Source of the DNA: an uncultured Gemmatimonadales bacterium
GTDB lineage: Bacteria > Gemmatimonadota > Gemmatimonadetes > Gemmatimonadales > GWC2-71-9
Length of the DNA: 64,000 nucleotides
NCBI GenBank assembly: GCA_963739455.1
Contig: CAVUAK010000003.1
Coordinates: 192,001-256,000, forward strand
Direction of reading: 5' to 3'
The notes under the pieces were generated by a model. The model was not told the DNA's origin, ran no database searches, and saw nothing but the letters and a program-made list of their open reading frames with translations. A program made the translations under genes and the position numbers. This document shows, in pieces, positions 1 to 10,509 of this stretch (within the stretch, counting starts at the first letter, position 1; every line of letters starts with the position of its first letter).

Positions 1-1518
1 ATACTCGGCACGGTCACGATTCCGTCACCCTACTTTCTCGAGCTCGTCAACACCCCCGATTCGACCGGGACATGGCTGCCGGCGACACAGCGCTACGAGT
101 GGCAGGGACTGCCCGAGGGAATTGAGGGTGCGCGGCCCGCGCTGCGCATCACCGGGCGATTCCTGCACCGGGCCACCACCACCCTCGAGCCCGGCGCTTC
201 CGCCTCCTTCAACGACAAGCCGCGCTTCGAGCTGTCGGGAGTCTCGCGGGACTCGCTCTCCAAGTTCAACGACTACGACGAGCCGCTCGGCTACGAGACG
301 GTTCATTTTCATGCCTCGGATTTCGCAGACCTCGGTTCCCGGCAGCCGATCCTGTCGGGAAAGGGCCGGTTCATCTTCTTCAAGGCGATCAAGGACGAGG
401 ACATCGTTCGGTTCAACCGCGTCGAGGGGATCTACACCGGCATTCCAGTGACGTATATCCCGGGCGACAAGCTCCCCACGGCGTTCCTGCACGCCAACGC
501 CGGCGTGGCGTGGTGGACCGGCAACGTCATGTATGACGGTGCCGCGGGCCGGGACAACGGCAAGACGCTCCTCGAGGTGAAGGGGGGCCGGTTCCTGACG
601 GTCACCAACAAGTTCCGCACCCAGTTCGACAACTTCATGCTGGGCGCGCTCTTCGCGCGGGACAACTGGGACTATGTCGACCGGTACAGCCTCATGCTCC
701 GGGCAATGCAACGCCTGAGCAGCACTCGCGGGTCGCGCCTCCAGGTCGAGGCAGGCTGGACCGAGGATCGGTACCTCGAGCGCGTGATGCTCACGACCCC
801 CTGGGTCGGATACCTCCGGCCGAACCGCGGCATCTACAGCGGGAGCTACTTCCGGACGGTCGCGACGCTCGACATCAACCCCGACATCAGTCCGCAGTTC
901 GTGCGCCAGGGGTGGGGCTTCCAGGTCATGTATGACGGCGGATTTGGCGACCTCAACTACTCGCGCATCCAGGCGCGCGCCGTGGCACGGAAGGACTTCT
1001 CCCGGGCATTCATCGGGGCCGTGGTGGAGGCAGGCACCACGCTGGGCGACAGCATCCCGCCCCAGCAGCTCTTCGAGGTCGGCGGTGCGGTCGGGCTGCC
1101 GGGCTACGAGTACAAGCAGTTCGCCGGCAACAAGGGCATCCTGGCGCGTGTGCGGCTCACGCTGCCCATTCCGCTCTTCACCCTGAGTGGGGGCGCCATC
1201 AACCGGGCGCTCTCGGTGCCGCGCTCACTGCCGTCCATCTCCTTCGGCTACCAGGGTGCGTGGACCAGTATCTCGAATACCGGCACGCAGGCCGCGGTGA
1301 CGGCGCTGGGCTATGCCTTCAACACCGGCACCGGCCAGACTGCGGTCGACTCGCTCACCGGCGTTCCGCTCCCCGCATCCACAGCAAGCAATGGATGGAA
1401 GAGTTCGGTCGACGTGCGGGTGGGCTTCTTCGGCGGGGCGCTCGCGGTCGGTGTCGCCAAGCCATTCTTCCAGGGACAGGGGCTCAGCTGGTTCCTGGCG
1501 ATCGGCGGGCAGTTCTAG
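1..1518 (+). CDS. Outer-membrane beta-barrel protein (DUF5686/BamA-like), 5'-partial
   Basis: Frame 1 is open from base 1 into the 448..1518 ORF; RFNRVEG motif, alternating beta-strand pattern, C-terminal Phe. Confidence 0.6.
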   Translation: MLGTVTIPSPYFLELVNTPDSTGTWLPATQRYEWQGLPEGIEGARPALRITGRFLHRATTTLEPGASASFNDKPRFELSGVSRDSLSKFNDYDEPLGYETVHFHASDFADLGSRQPILSGKGRFIFFKAIKDEDIVRFNRVEGIYTGIPVTYIPGDKLPTAFLHANAGVAWWTGNVMYDGAAGRDNGKTLLEVKGGRFLTVTNKFRTQFDNFMLGALFARDNWDYVDRYSLMLRAMQRLSSTRGSRLQVEAGWTEDRYLERVMLTTPWVGYLRPNRGIYSGSYFRTVATLDINPDISPQFVRQGWGFQVMYDGGFGDLNYSRIQARAVARKDFSRAFIGAVVEAGTTLGDSIPPQQLFEVGGAVGLPGYEYKQFAGNKGILARVRLTLPIPLFTLSGGAINRALSVPRSLPSISFGYQGAWTSISNTGTQAAVTALGYAFNTGTGQTAVDSLTGVPLPASTASNGWKSSVDVRVGFFGGALAVGVAKPFFQGQGLSWFLAIGGQF

Positions 1519-1536
1519 CCTGGTGGATGAAAAGAA

Positions 1537-1567
1537 AAGGGGCCCGCATCGTCGATGCGGGCCCCTT
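1537..1567. terminator. Probable bidirectional intrinsic terminator
   Basis: AAGGGGCCCGCATC-GTC-GATGCGGGCCCCTT inverted repeat between convergent genes, with an A-run on the left. Confidence 0.8.
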
Positions 1568-1581
1568 CTGCGTTCTGGTGC

Positions 1582-2217
1582 TTACTTGGGCACCCGCGGC
1601 AGCGTGTTGAAGATCCTCGCCATCGTGGTGTTGATCTCCTGCTCGGTCGGCGCCCTCGAACCGGGCGAACCCTGCCACACACCGCGCCATGCGGTGTTGC
1701 CCGACTTCTCCTCCTGAAGGTCCACCACGAACGAGGCGTCGGTGTTGGTGACCGGCGTGGTGTTGGAGACGGCCATGCCGCCCATCATCCCCATGCCGCC
1801 CATGCCGCCCATGCCCCAGCCCATGCCCCAACCCGGACCCCACATGCCTGGGCCCATCATTCCCATTCCGCCCATGCCGGTCGTGGTGGTGACGAGTGAG
1901 GTGCTGCTGGTGACGCCAACGAAGTAACGCACCCGGAACGTCGCGTCCTGGGTGCTGTCAACCATGGTGTAGCCCCTCTGCGTCAGCTGCGCGATGATCG
2001 CAAGCTGGATCCGGCGGTGCACGATGTTGTTCTGCACGGCGGGATCCAGTTGGTTCGTCCCCTCGAGGACACCGCCCTCGAACTCCACCGTGGCACCGGC
2101 TGGAATGGGGATGGAGCTGTCACGGTCGGACGTGATCTTGGGACCGCATGCAGCGACCAGTACGACGGCAGCCGTGGCAAGCATTTGGGCGCGCAACAGG
2201 AGCGGAGCAGGTGACAT
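1582..2217 (-). CDS. DUF4136-like lipoprotein, paralogue 1 (Gly/Met-rich insert)
   Basis: Lipobox LVAAC; C-terminal FVVDL...NTAWRG...IF pattern. Confidence 0.75.
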   Translation of the reverse strand: MSPAPLLLRAQMLATAAVVLVAACGPKITSDRDSSIPIPAGATVEFEGGVLEGTNQLDPAVQNNIVHRRIQLAIIAQLTQRGYTMVDSTQDATFRVRYFVGVTSSTSLVTTTTGMGGMGMMGPGMWGPGWGMGWGMGGMGGMGMMGGMAVSNTTPVTNTDASFVVDLQEEKSGNTAWRGVWQGSPGSRAPTEQEINTTMARIFNTLPRVPK

Positions 2218-2302
2218 GCGAACGACCTCAGTTGGCTTGAAGAATGGCCGCCGGTCATGCCGACGGAAGCGGCTGCAATATACTAGCGTGGGGACGATGG
2301 AG

Positions 2303-2343
2303 GCGAAAAAAGGACCACATCGAGTGATGTGGCCCCTTTCGCT
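2303..2343 (-). terminator. Intrinsic terminator after paralogue 2
   Basis: Imperfect hairpin AAGGACCACATC/GATGTGGCCCCTT followed by a U-tract on the minus strand. Confidence 0.6.
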
Positions 2344-2362
2344 GGCGTGACCGGATGGTGAC

Positions 2363-2986
2363 TCAGGGCACCTTTGGCGCGGACGAGAAGATCTTCGCCA
2401 TCGTCATGTTGATCTGCTCCTGGCTCGGTGCCTCGCGCCCCGGCTCCCCCTGCCAGACACCGCGCCACGCGGTATTGCCTGACTTCTGGTCGACGAGGTC
2501 CACGACGAATGACACGTCGGTTGTGGTCACCGCCTGCGTCGAGGTGACCGCGCCGCCGTACCCGTAACCGTAGCCATAGCCGCCCCAGCCGTACCCGTAC
2601 CCGTAGCCCCACGGGGTGTAGTAGGGTGCCGCCATTCCGGTCGTGGTCGTGACGTAGTCGGTGTCCTTCTTGATGCCCACGAAATAGCGCGTCCGGAAGG
2701 TGGCCGGCGCGCCGCTGTCCACCACCTTGTAGCCCTTCGCCTGCAGCTGCTGGACGATGGCCAGCTGGATGCGGCGGTGCACAATATCGTTCCGGACGCC
2801 GGGATCGCCCTGGACCGGCGGTCCCTCGACGGATCCGCCCTCGAACGTCACGGTGGCGCCGGCCGGAATCGGGATCGTGCTGTCGCGGTCGGATGAAATG
2901 GCGGGCCCCCCGCAGCCGACGGCGACGAGGATTCCGGTTGCCGTGGCGATCAGGCGCAGGGGCAGTGGACGAATGACGAGAGACAT
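2363..2986 (-). CDS. DUF4136-like lipoprotein, paralogue 2 (Gly/Tyr-rich insert)
   Basis: Lipobox VAVGC; many blocks identical to paralogue 1 (IPIPAGATV, IVHRRIQLAI, KSGNTAWRGVWQG). Confidence 0.75.
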   Translation of the reverse strand: MSLVIRPLPLRLIATATGILVAVGCGGPAISSDRDSTIPIPAGATVTFEGGSVEGPPVQGDPGVRNDIVHRRIQLAIVQQLQAKGYKVVDSGAPATFRTRYFVGIKKDTDYVTTTTGMAAPYYTPWGYGYGYGWGGYGYGYGYGGAVTSTQAVTTTDVSFVVDLVDQKSGNTAWRGVWQGEPGREAPSQEQINMTMAKIFSSAPKVP

Positions 2987-3130
2987 GCGAACGACCTCAG
3001 TTGGCTTTGGATGGCCCGCCTGAGCAAGCCCCCGGCGGCGGCGATCAATATACCGCCCGGCGCGCCGGTTGTCCCGGGGAGGGTAGCTTGTAACCCCGAC
3101 ACGAGTGGATTATCCTGTCCGGTTCTGCAG

Positions 3131-3204
<74 letters not shown>

Positions 3205-3338
3205 CTGACCCAACTGATGACCCGCCCGGGCGCCAACGCTCAGGCGGGTCGTCGTGTCATGGGGCCCTCCGGCGTGCAGTTGCCGCCGCCCAGCCCGGGG
3301 CGCACACTCTACGTCGGGAGGTGCGACGAATGCCCGAT

Positions 3339-4172
3339 ATGTCATGGACCTGCCCGTCCTGCGACCGAGCGGTGGACACCCCGTACTGCCCCGGCTGCGG
3401 GGAGCGACCGCTGCGCGATCGCGAACTCACGCTGCGCGGCTTCGTGGACCAGCTGGTCCAGGCATTCACCAGCATCGATGGCCGCCTGATCCGGAGCTTT
3501 CGCTACCTGGTGACGCGCCCCGGCTTCCTGACCGTCGCGTTCCTGCAGGGACGGCGGAAGCCGTACCTGAGTCCGATCCAGCTGTTCCTCCTCGCCAACG
3601 TGCTTTTCTTCGCGGCTGAGTCCATGACGGGCGGGCAGATCTTCACCACGCCGCTTGAGTTCCACCTCACCAACCAGCCGTGGAGTCCCTTGGCGCAACG
3701 GATGGTGCCGGCGTGGCTGGAAGCCAGCAACCGGACACTCGAGGCTTATGCACCGGTGTTCAATCGCGCGATGGCGCTGCACGCGCGGTCACTCATCATC
3801 CTCATGGCACTGGCCTTCGCCCCCGTACCGGCACTGGTGTTTCGCGCCGCCAGGCGCCCGACGGTGACGCACGGCGTATTTGCCCTGCACACCTACGCCT
3901 ACCTGCTGCTGCTGTTCGTCATCGCCACAGCCATTCCCGCCGTCGACCACTTGTTCGGCGGGGCGGGCTTTGCGTCCGTGCCCCTGGATCACGCCATTTC
4001 CATGGCCCTGTTGCTGGCGTGCGGGGCCTATCTGTTCGTTTCAACCGGAGTCGTCTATGGCGCGAGCGGAGTGAGTCGTGTGCTCAAGACGCTCGTCCTC
4101 ACCACCTCAGTGGGGGCTATAGTGCTGGCGTACCGCTTCGCGCTGCTCATCGTGACACTGTACACCACCTGA
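3339..4172 (+). CDS. DUF3667-like membrane protein
   Basis: N-terminal CxxC...YCxxCG, LVTRPGFLT...GRRKPYLSPIQLFL, several TM helices. Confidence 0.8.
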   Translation: MSWTCPSCDRAVDTPYCPGCGERPLRDRELTLRGFVDQLVQAFTSIDGRLIRSFRYLVTRPGFLTVAFLQGRRKPYLSPIQLFLLANVLFFAAESMTGGQIFTTPLEFHLTNQPWSPLAQRMVPAWLEASNRTLEAYAPVFNRAMALHARSLIILMALAFAPVPALVFRAARRPTVTHGVFALHTYAYLLLLFVIATAIPAVDHLFGGAGFASVPLDHAISMALLLACGAYLFVSTGVVYGASGVSRVLKTLVLTTSVGAIVLAYRFALLIVTLYTT

Positions 4173-4181
4173 AAGGACACA

Positions 4182-4781
4182 ATGCGCCTGATTGACATGG
4201 GGACGCTGCCGGTGACGCTGATGGTGTCCCTCTGCGTGGCGGTGGTGCTGCTCATCATTCGCGTCACGATCATGCAGCGGGTGCAGAACATCCGGCAGCG
4301 CGAGAACCGGCAGGATACCGAGCGGCTCAAGTCACTCGCCGGCGCCTATCGGGCGCTGGCGGGATCATTTACCCCGGCGGGCCCCGGGGACCGGCGCCAA
4401 CTGGAAGAGGCGCTCTCCGACATCATCCTCTTCGGGGACCGTCCGCTGGTAGAGCTGGCCGCGAAGGCCGCGCACGACCTCGTTCGCACCGGCAGCGCGA
4501 ACATGGAAGCACTGGTCGAGGAACTGCGAGTCGACCTTCGCGCTCAGCTGGGGCTCGAGAAGTACCCGGCGGGACTTACGATCCCCGTTGCCGGACCCGG
4601 TCGTTCGACACGAGGCGACGGCGAACGCGCTGGCCGTGGTGAGGGCGGTGGGGGTGGGGGTGGGGGTGGCGGAGGTGGTGGGGGAGCTGGCGGCGCCGGG
4701 CTCGGTGGCGCTGCTATTGGGGGGCTCGGCGGCCACGCCCTCTCCGAAGCAGAGAACTCGGAGGGGCGCGGCGAACCTTAG
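4182..4781 (+). CDS. Hypothetical membrane-anchored protein with poly-Gly tail
   Basis: RBS AAAGGA, N-terminal TM helix, helical domain, Gly-run C-terminus. Confidence 0.7.
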   Translation: MRLIDMGTLPVTLMVSLCVAVVLLIIRVTIMQRVQNIRQRENRQDTERLKSLAGAYRALAGSFTPAGPGDRRQLEEALSDIILFGDRPLVELAAKAAHDLVRTGSANMEALVEELRVDLRAQLGLEKYPAGLTIPVAGPGRSTRGDGERAGRGEGGGGGGGGGGGGGGAGGAGLGGAAIGGLGGHALSEAENSEGRGEP

Positions 4782-4782
4782 C

Positions 4783-6834
4783 CTACCACACCTTCACGCG
4801 ATCCTTCGGCGCCAGATAGAGCGCCTGACCCGGCTGCACGTCGAATGCCGGGTACCATGCATCGATATTCCGCACGGTAAACGCGCGATACTCGTCGGGC
4901 GCGTGACCATCCGCCAGGATGCCGCGCCGCAGGATCGGCTCCCGCTCCTTTTCCCGCCAGCTCTGCCCGTACGCAATGAAGAACTGCTGGTCACCGGTAA
5001 AGCCCTGGACCTCGGGCGCAGGCTTGCCCTTGAGCGACACATGGTACGCATCGAGTGCCGTCGCAAGCCCTGCCACGTCCGCGATGTTCTCGTTCAGCGT
5101 CTGCGCCCCGTTGACCGCCAGGTCGGGGAATGGCTTGTACGCATCGTACTGCGCGATGAGCTGCTTCGACGATGCCTCGAAGTGTTTCAGGTCATCGGGA
5201 GTCCACCAGTTCCGGAGCTTGCCGTCGGAGTCGAACTGCGCACCCTGGCTGTCAAAGCTGTGGCTGATCTCATGACCGATGGTCGCACCGATGGCGCCGT
5301 AGTCCATTGACTCGGGCCGCTTGGAGTCGAACCAGGGCGACTGGAGGATGGCCGCGGGAAAGTTCATGGCGTTGAGCGCCGGCAGGTTCACCGCATTCAC
5401 CGTCTGCGGCGTCATGACCCACTGCCCGCGGTCCACTGGCTGGCTCAGCATCGCCAGGTTGCGCTGGTACTCGTACGCATCGGAGCGCTCGGCGTTGCCA
5501 TACAGGTCGTCGGCAACAACCTTGAGTCCCGTGTACTCCGGCCACTTGTCCGGGTAGCCCACGCCCACCTTCAGTACCGCCAGCTTCGCCTTGGCCTCCT
5601 TCTTGGTGGCGGGGTCCATCCACGCCAGGCTGTCGATGCGAACGCCGAAGGCAACAATGAGGTTCTGCACCAGCTGCTCCACCCGCGCCTTGTCGGCCGC
5701 GGGGAAGTACTGCTCGGCGTACAGCTTGCCCACCGCATAGCCCAGCGCGTTGTTGGTGACGTTGACCCCGCGCTTCCATCGATCCCGCTGCTTCTGCACC
5801 CCGCTGAGCGACGTACCGAAGAACGCGAAGTTCTCCAGGCTGAACGCCCGCGGCAGGACACCGCCGTGCGACTGGATGGCGTGAAAGGTGAGGTAGTCCT
5901 TCCAGGTATCGATCGGCTGGCTCGCCACCAGCGCTGAAATGCCGGTAAAGGCACTCGGCTGCCATACGATGAACTCCGCAGGCTTGCTCAGCTGTGCGGC
6001 CGCGAAGTACGTCTCCCAGTCGAGGCCCGGGGCCTTCGAGGAGAAGTCCTTCCGCGACCAGTGATTGTTGCCGCGGGCTACGTCGCCCGATTGCTCCCTG
6101 CTCCAGTGGGCCTCGGCGATCCTCGTTTCCAGCTGCATGATGGACGCAGCCTTCGCATCAGCATCGGCGATGTTCGCCAGCTTCAGCATCGCGGCGATAT
6201 GTGCCTGGTACTTGACGCGAACCTCTGCCATCGCCGCCGAGCTGTCGACGTAGTAGCTGCGATCCGGCATGCCGAGACCGCCCTGGAGCAGGAACGGGGC
6301 GTACTTCTTCGGGTCGTTGAGGTCGGATGCGACCCAGAGGCCAAAAATGTTCTCGGTGTAGAAATTGGTGGAGTTGAGGGCATCGACATCGGCCTGCAAC
6401 GTCGATCCCAGCACCCGGGACAAATCCTTTCGCGTCTTGATAGCAGCAATCGCCGTGAAGGCCGGTTGCAGCGGCTTGGTGCCGGCGGCCTCGATGGCGG
6501 TCGTGTCCATGAAGCTGGCGTAGTAGTCGCCGATCATGCGTTGGGTTGATCCTATCGGCGCATTCGCCTTCGCCGCCGACTGGATCAGTTCCACCACCCT
6601 CTTGTCGGTCAGGTCTGCGAGCTGCGAGCCCGCCCCGATGGCACCCTTGTCCGCCGGGATCGGCGTGTCCCTGTACCAGGTGCCGTTGGTGAAGAGAAAG
6701 AAATTGTCGCCCGGCTTGACCGAGCGGTCCATGCCGGCCAGGTCGAGTCCGTCGTGCGTGGCAGATGGGACGGCGCCCATCAGGAGCACTGCGGCGACGG
6801 CTGCGATGACAATTGGGCGCTTGTTGCGGATCAT
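4783..6834 (-). CDS. M13 family metallopeptidase (neprilysin/PepO-like)
   Basis: VNA, HEISH zinc motif, ENIAD, signal peptide. Confidence 0.95.
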   Translation of the reverse strand: MIRNKRPIVIAAVAAVLLMGAVPSATHDGLDLAGMDRSVKPGDNFFLFTNGTWYRDTPIPADKGAIGAGSQLADLTDKRVVELIQSAAKANAPIGSTQRMIGDYYASFMDTTAIEAAGTKPLQPAFTAIAAIKTRKDLSRVLGSTLQADVDALNSTNFYTENIFGLWVASDLNDPKKYAPFLLQGGLGMPDRSYYVDSSAAMAEVRVKYQAHIAAMLKLANIADADAKAASIMQLETRIAEAHWSREQSGDVARGNNHWSRKDFSSKAPGLDWETYFAAAQLSKPAEFIVWQPSAFTGISALVASQPIDTWKDYLTFHAIQSHGGVLPRAFSLENFAFFGTSLSGVQKQRDRWKRGVNVTNNALGYAVGKLYAEQYFPAADKARVEQLVQNLIVAFGVRIDSLAWMDPATKKEAKAKLAVLKVGVGYPDKWPEYTGLKVVADDLYGNAERSDAYEYQRNLAMLSQPVDRGQWVMTPQTVNAVNLPALNAMNFPAAILQSPWFDSKRPESMDYGAIGATIGHEISHSFDSQGAQFDSDGKLRNWWTPDDLKHFEASSKQLIAQYDAYKPFPDLAVNGAQTLNENIADVAGLATALDAYHVSLKGKPAPEVQGFTGDQQFFIAYGQSWREKEREPILRRGILADGHAPDEYRAFTVRNIDAWYPAFDVQPGQALYLAPKDRVKVW

Positions 6835-6857
6835 GAATGTTTCAGCTTTCAGTCGGG

Positions 6858-9404
6858 TTACGGGGTGAGCCCGAAATTGAAGTAGAATCTTGCGGCCCCC
6901 GCGCCGCCAGCAACCGATACGGTGGCCCGCGTGCGTTCGTTCAGGAAGGCGAACCAGATGCCTCCGCCGTATGACGGATGCCAGGTTCGGGAGGATTCAC
7001 CCTCGATGAACACGCGGCCGACATCGACCAGGCCCAGCACTCCCAGGTCACTCGCCAGCGCCCGGGACACCCGGGCCAGCTGGAGCCTCAGTTCAGCGCC
7101 TCCGTACAGTGATGCGTCGCCGGCAAACCTGTTGTACCGCAGGCTCCGGACGGTGACCGCCCCACCAATGAAGGCGGCATCCATGAAGGGGTAGTCGCCC
7201 CAGACCTTCATGCCGCCAACCCTGAATCCAAGCGTCGGCTTCACCCCTCGCGGGTACAGGTTCCACGACCAGTTCACCACTGCATGCAGCTCGGCGTAAG
7301 TGCTCGGTACGCTCCAGACGGGCGCGTAGATGGAACCCCCGATGCTTGCATCGACGCCGGTGCTCGTTGGAGACGCCGCCCTGTTCGCGCTCCACGCTAC
7401 CACCGCGCTGGCGCCAAGCTGGCCGAAGTCGCCGGTTCCAAGCACCGTCTGTGTGCCGATGTAGCGATCCTGATCGTCCGACGTCACCGAGTAGACGCCC
7501 TTTGCACTCAATGAGAGTGTGCTGCGCCGGGTCAGCTGGAAGGTGATCCCCGGTTCGAGGGTGAACTGATTCTGGCGCACACGGTAAAACTCGTTCGGCT
7601 CGGGATCGGTCGTGTTATTCCCGAAGCCGTAGAAGTTGAGCGTCGCAATACCCGACGCACGCGCGAGGATGGTGAAGTGCGTGTTCGAGTTGGCGAGCCT
7701 GATGTCGCCCAGGATGTCGCCATTCAGGGTCTGCGCGCCGGTGGCATAGCCCACCCGGACGCGCCAGTTGCTGGAGTAGGCAACCTTCCTGAATCCATAG
7801 CGAAAGTAGGAAGCACTCACCCCGAAGAGGACGCCGATATCGGGGCCACCGGCTATCAAGGGGGTGTAGTCGCTGCGGGCTCCCCAATCGCGCGCCGAGC
7901 TGTCGCGCGGACTGCTGGTCGGGGGCCACCGCTTGCTGTCGAGCGCGTGCCCGATCGCCGTTGTGCCGTCGTCATCATAGAAATGGACCTTCCGGTTTTT
8001 CTCCGGATCCAGCAACTGGTCATTGCCATCACCACCAATGGCGCGCACCGTGACCGGAAATGTTCCCGCGCCGATGAATACCACGCGATCATCGCCGCCC
8101 AGCAGGTAAAGCCGGACGTCGCTGGTCTCCCTGCTCCAGAAAGTGCGGTCGATGTAGGCGCTCCCGCCTGACGCAGTCGCCGATTCACTGAAGAACTGCA
8201 CGCGCACATGCTCGTCGTCGACGCGTGTCACCGCGGTACTGTCGTTCACGCCGGTGGCGTAAAGATCGACCTGTCCAGCGAGCAGCCGGTAGTATTTGTC
8301 AGCTTGCTTCGGCAGCCGGTCACGACGGCTGATGAGTGCCGCGCGAAGCCACGCTCCATTGAGTGCCCGATACTCGGCGGGCATGCGGGCCACGGCCGAG
8401 TCGATCACGCGGTCAGTCAGGAGCGATGCCAGCTCAGCGGCCATGGAATCCCAGGCCGGTCGGCCGAGTGGCGCCAGGAAACGCCGGTCGAGATTGCGCC
8501 CGTTCCACGTCGACGCCACCACCGGTCCGTACCGGGGGCCGAACGTGAGCAATTGCGGAAACGTGTTCCGGGCAATCTGCGGGATCATCCCTCCGAACTG
8601 TACGAATGCCAGTTCGCGATGCTGGGAGACCGGCATCCAGAGCACCCCGTCCCCGTCCGGCTTCCCGGCCCAGCGCCACTGGTCCTGCTCCAGGTCCCAG
8701 TTGCCCAGATAGACGTCGAGCAGCCGGGCGCGGAGGAAATAGTCCGGGTCGACATGATTTCCCGGTCTTGTATTGATCTGGAGGAGCATTTCATCGGTAG
8801 TCACCAGTTCCGGGGCACCAGTGCTACCGGGAGGCGCGTCGCTGCCGTCGGTCGGTAGCTGCTCCAGGAAGCCAGGCACGCCGCCGAAATCGCGCTGAAA
8901 TTGCCCCAGTCGCGGAGTCTCGGGGAGATACACAAGGGTCAGGCTGCGGTGGAACACCCCAGCCGCCGCCGCGATGGGGTCCGCAACTGCGGGGGACGCC
9001 GGGTGAGAAGCACTGACCTGATCCTGCAATATCCTGGCAGCGAGGGTGCCGCGCAGGTCAGGCGGCAAGAGCCTGATGACGTCCCTGTTGACGGTGCGGA
9101 ACTCATATTCCCGTCCGTCGGCACCAGCGAAGCGAAGCGACCGGGGCTGTATGTCTCCCGTACTGTCATGCTCGACCGGATGCAGGCCTCCGGCAAAAGT
9201 GTCAAGGTCGAGAACCTCGATCCGCATGGGAGTGGTCCAGAGATCCCGGTAGTTGCTCCCCAGCAGCCAGCGATGCAGCCAGCCGGCACCGTAGCGAGGG
9301 CCGGCAACCACCGTCGCGCTGTCTGAGACAAGAGGGGCCGGGCTTTGCGCGTACACGGGCTGCGGCGCCAGACCTTGGGTCAAGACGGCCATCAGCACGC
9401 TCAA
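6858..9404 (-). CDS. Outer-membrane protein with BamA/TamA-like surface-antigen barrel (start uncertain)
   Basis: Aromatic C-terminal strands, VRSLRYNRFAG loop motif, N-terminal GSNYRDLW domain. Confidence 0.65.
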   Translation of the reverse strand: MSVLMAVLTQGLAPQPVYAQSPAPLVSDSATVVAGPRYGAGWLHRWLLGSNYRDLWTTPMRIEVLDLDTFAGGLHPVEHDSTGDIQPRSLRFAGADGREYEFRTVNRDVIRLLPPDLRGTLAARILQDQVSASHPASPAVADPIAAAAGVFHRSLTLVYLPETPRLGQFQRDFGGVPGFLEQLPTDGSDAPPGSTGAPELVTTDEMLLQINTRPGNHVDPDYFLRARLLDVYLGNWDLEQDQWRWAGKPDGDGVLWMPVSQHRELAFVQFGGMIPQIARNTFPQLLTFGPRYGPVVASTWNGRNLDRRFLAPLGRPAWDSMAAELASLLTDRVIDSAVARMPAEYRALNGAWLRAALISRRDRLPKQADKYYRLLAGQVDLYATGVNDSTAVTRVDDEHVRVQFFSESATASGGSAYIDRTFWSRETSDVRLYLLGGDDRVVFIGAGTFPVTVRAIGGDGNDQLLDPEKNRKVHFYDDDGTTAIGHALDSKRWPPTSSPRDSSARDWGARSDYTPLIAGGPDIGVLFGVSASYFRYGFRKVAYSSNWRVRVGYATGAQTLNGDILGDIRLANSNTHFTILARASGIATLNFYGFGNNTTDPEPNEFYRVRQNQFTLEPGITFQLTRRSTLSLSAKGVYSVTSDDQDRYIGTQTVLGTGDFGQLGASAVVAWSANRAASPTSTGVDASIGGSIYAPVWSVPSTYAELHAVVNWSWNLYPRGVKPTLGFRVGGMKVWGDYPFMDAAFIGGAVTVRSLRYNRFAGDASLYGGAELRLQLARVSRALASDLGVLGLVDVGRVFIEGESSRTWHPSYGGGIWFAFLNERTRATVSVAGGAGAARFYFNFGLTP

Positions 9405-9472
9405 TAATGCAAAGCACCCCGGCGCCGGAGTGGCGACGGGGTGCTGCTGTTTCGACGTGGGGCTTCCAGGGA

Positions 9473-10033
9473 TTAGAACCGCCGGAACCCACCCTGACCG
9501 GGGTTGTAAACCCGATTGATCGCGATGGCGCCGCCATGGTGCGGGGCGCAGTTGTCATCGGGCATGCGGACCATGACACCGCTGCCGCCATGTGCGATGG
9601 TCTGGATCCTCGGGGGGTCGCCGCTGCCCATGGCTACAGCCGGGATGCTCGCGACCGTCTGCCCGGGGGCGAGCGCGTGCCCACCCCCTGCATGTGATTC
9701 CGCGGGTGGCGCGGCCGGCGCGTCGGGAACGACTTCCGGTGCCGGCGCCGGAGCCAGGTCCGTCGCCACCGCAGTTTCTTCGGTGGCGTTCGGACGCGGT
9801 ACCGCTGTCTTCACCTCGGTGACCAGGTGAACCTTGCCGCGACCCTTGCTCGCGGGCTTGGTCATCGACTTGCGCTCCACCGCCGAAAGAACCAGTGGCT
9901 CCGCCGCCGGCTGCGACGCGCCCAGATTCAGGTCGCGACCCGCACCGGCGCCTGCCGAGTTGACCGCTTCACGGTCGTTGCTGCATGAAACGAGAAGCAG
10001 TGCTGCAATTGCGGCGGGAAATAGCTTGCGCAT
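9473..10033 (-). CDS. Hypothetical lipoprotein, Pro/Ala-rich
   Basis: MRKLFPAAIAALLLVSC lipobox; GGAGG upstream. Confidence 0.6.
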   Translation of the reverse strand: MRKLFPAAIAALLLVSCSNDREAVNSAGAGAGRDLNLGASQPAAEPLVLSAVERKSMTKPASKGRGKVHLVTEVKTAVPRPNATEETAVATDLAPAPAPEVVPDAPAAPPAESHAGGGHALAPGQTVASIPAVAMGSGDPPRIQTIAHGGSGVMVRMPDDNCAPHHGGAIAINRVYNPGQGGFRRF

Positions 10034-10119
10034 GGACCGACCCTCCCAACGAATCATTCGTACTAAGTGCATTAGCAAGAATGGGGACGTCTCGAGTCCC
10101 GCGCAAGCACACAGCCGCG

Positions 10120-10509
10120 CTACACCAGTCGCAAGTCAGCCTCACGCACCCGATCCGCCGCAACGTCCAAGTGGCCACACCAGTCGTCGATCGCCCGCAG
10201 CAACTCGTTCGCGACCAGGGTGAACTCCGTAGCCTTCTGGTGAAAGGTTGTGAGCCAGGCCAGGCGCTCGCACCGGGCCTCCACCACGTCGCCAGCGGCA
10301 CGCAGCGCGGACCAGGCCTCGGGTTCGAGCAGCGCGGCGAGCCCGCCGGCCGCCTCGCGTTCAGCCCGGAACCGCGGCAGGAACCGTTCCCTCAGGTACG
10401 TCACCGCACGCGCGCGATCCCACACTGTCGCCGACTCGGCGCAGGCGGGCCTGAAGGCGTGTCGGGTCTCGGCGAGCCACAGGGCATGGATGGCCGGCAT
10501 GGTGGTCAT
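10120..10509 (-). CDS. Hypothetical helical protein (possibly degenerate hemerythrin-like)
   Basis: 4-nt overlap with the upstream small membrane gene; amphipathic helices. Confidence 0.5.
   Translation of the reverse strand: MTTMPAIHALWLAETRHAFRPACAESATVWDRARAVTYLRERFLPRFRAEREAAGGLAALLEPEAWSALRAAGDVVEARCERLAWLTTFHQKATEFTLVANELLRAIDDWCGHLDVAADRVREADLRLV

Noticed and set aside
4640..4690. GGGGGT repeats with G-quadruplex potential
   Set aside because: Explained by a poly-Gly coding tract; no independent support
10120..10509. Hemerythrin O2 sensor at the PGC edge
   Set aside because: The His/Glu di-iron ligand pattern is not present; the resemblance is only superficial
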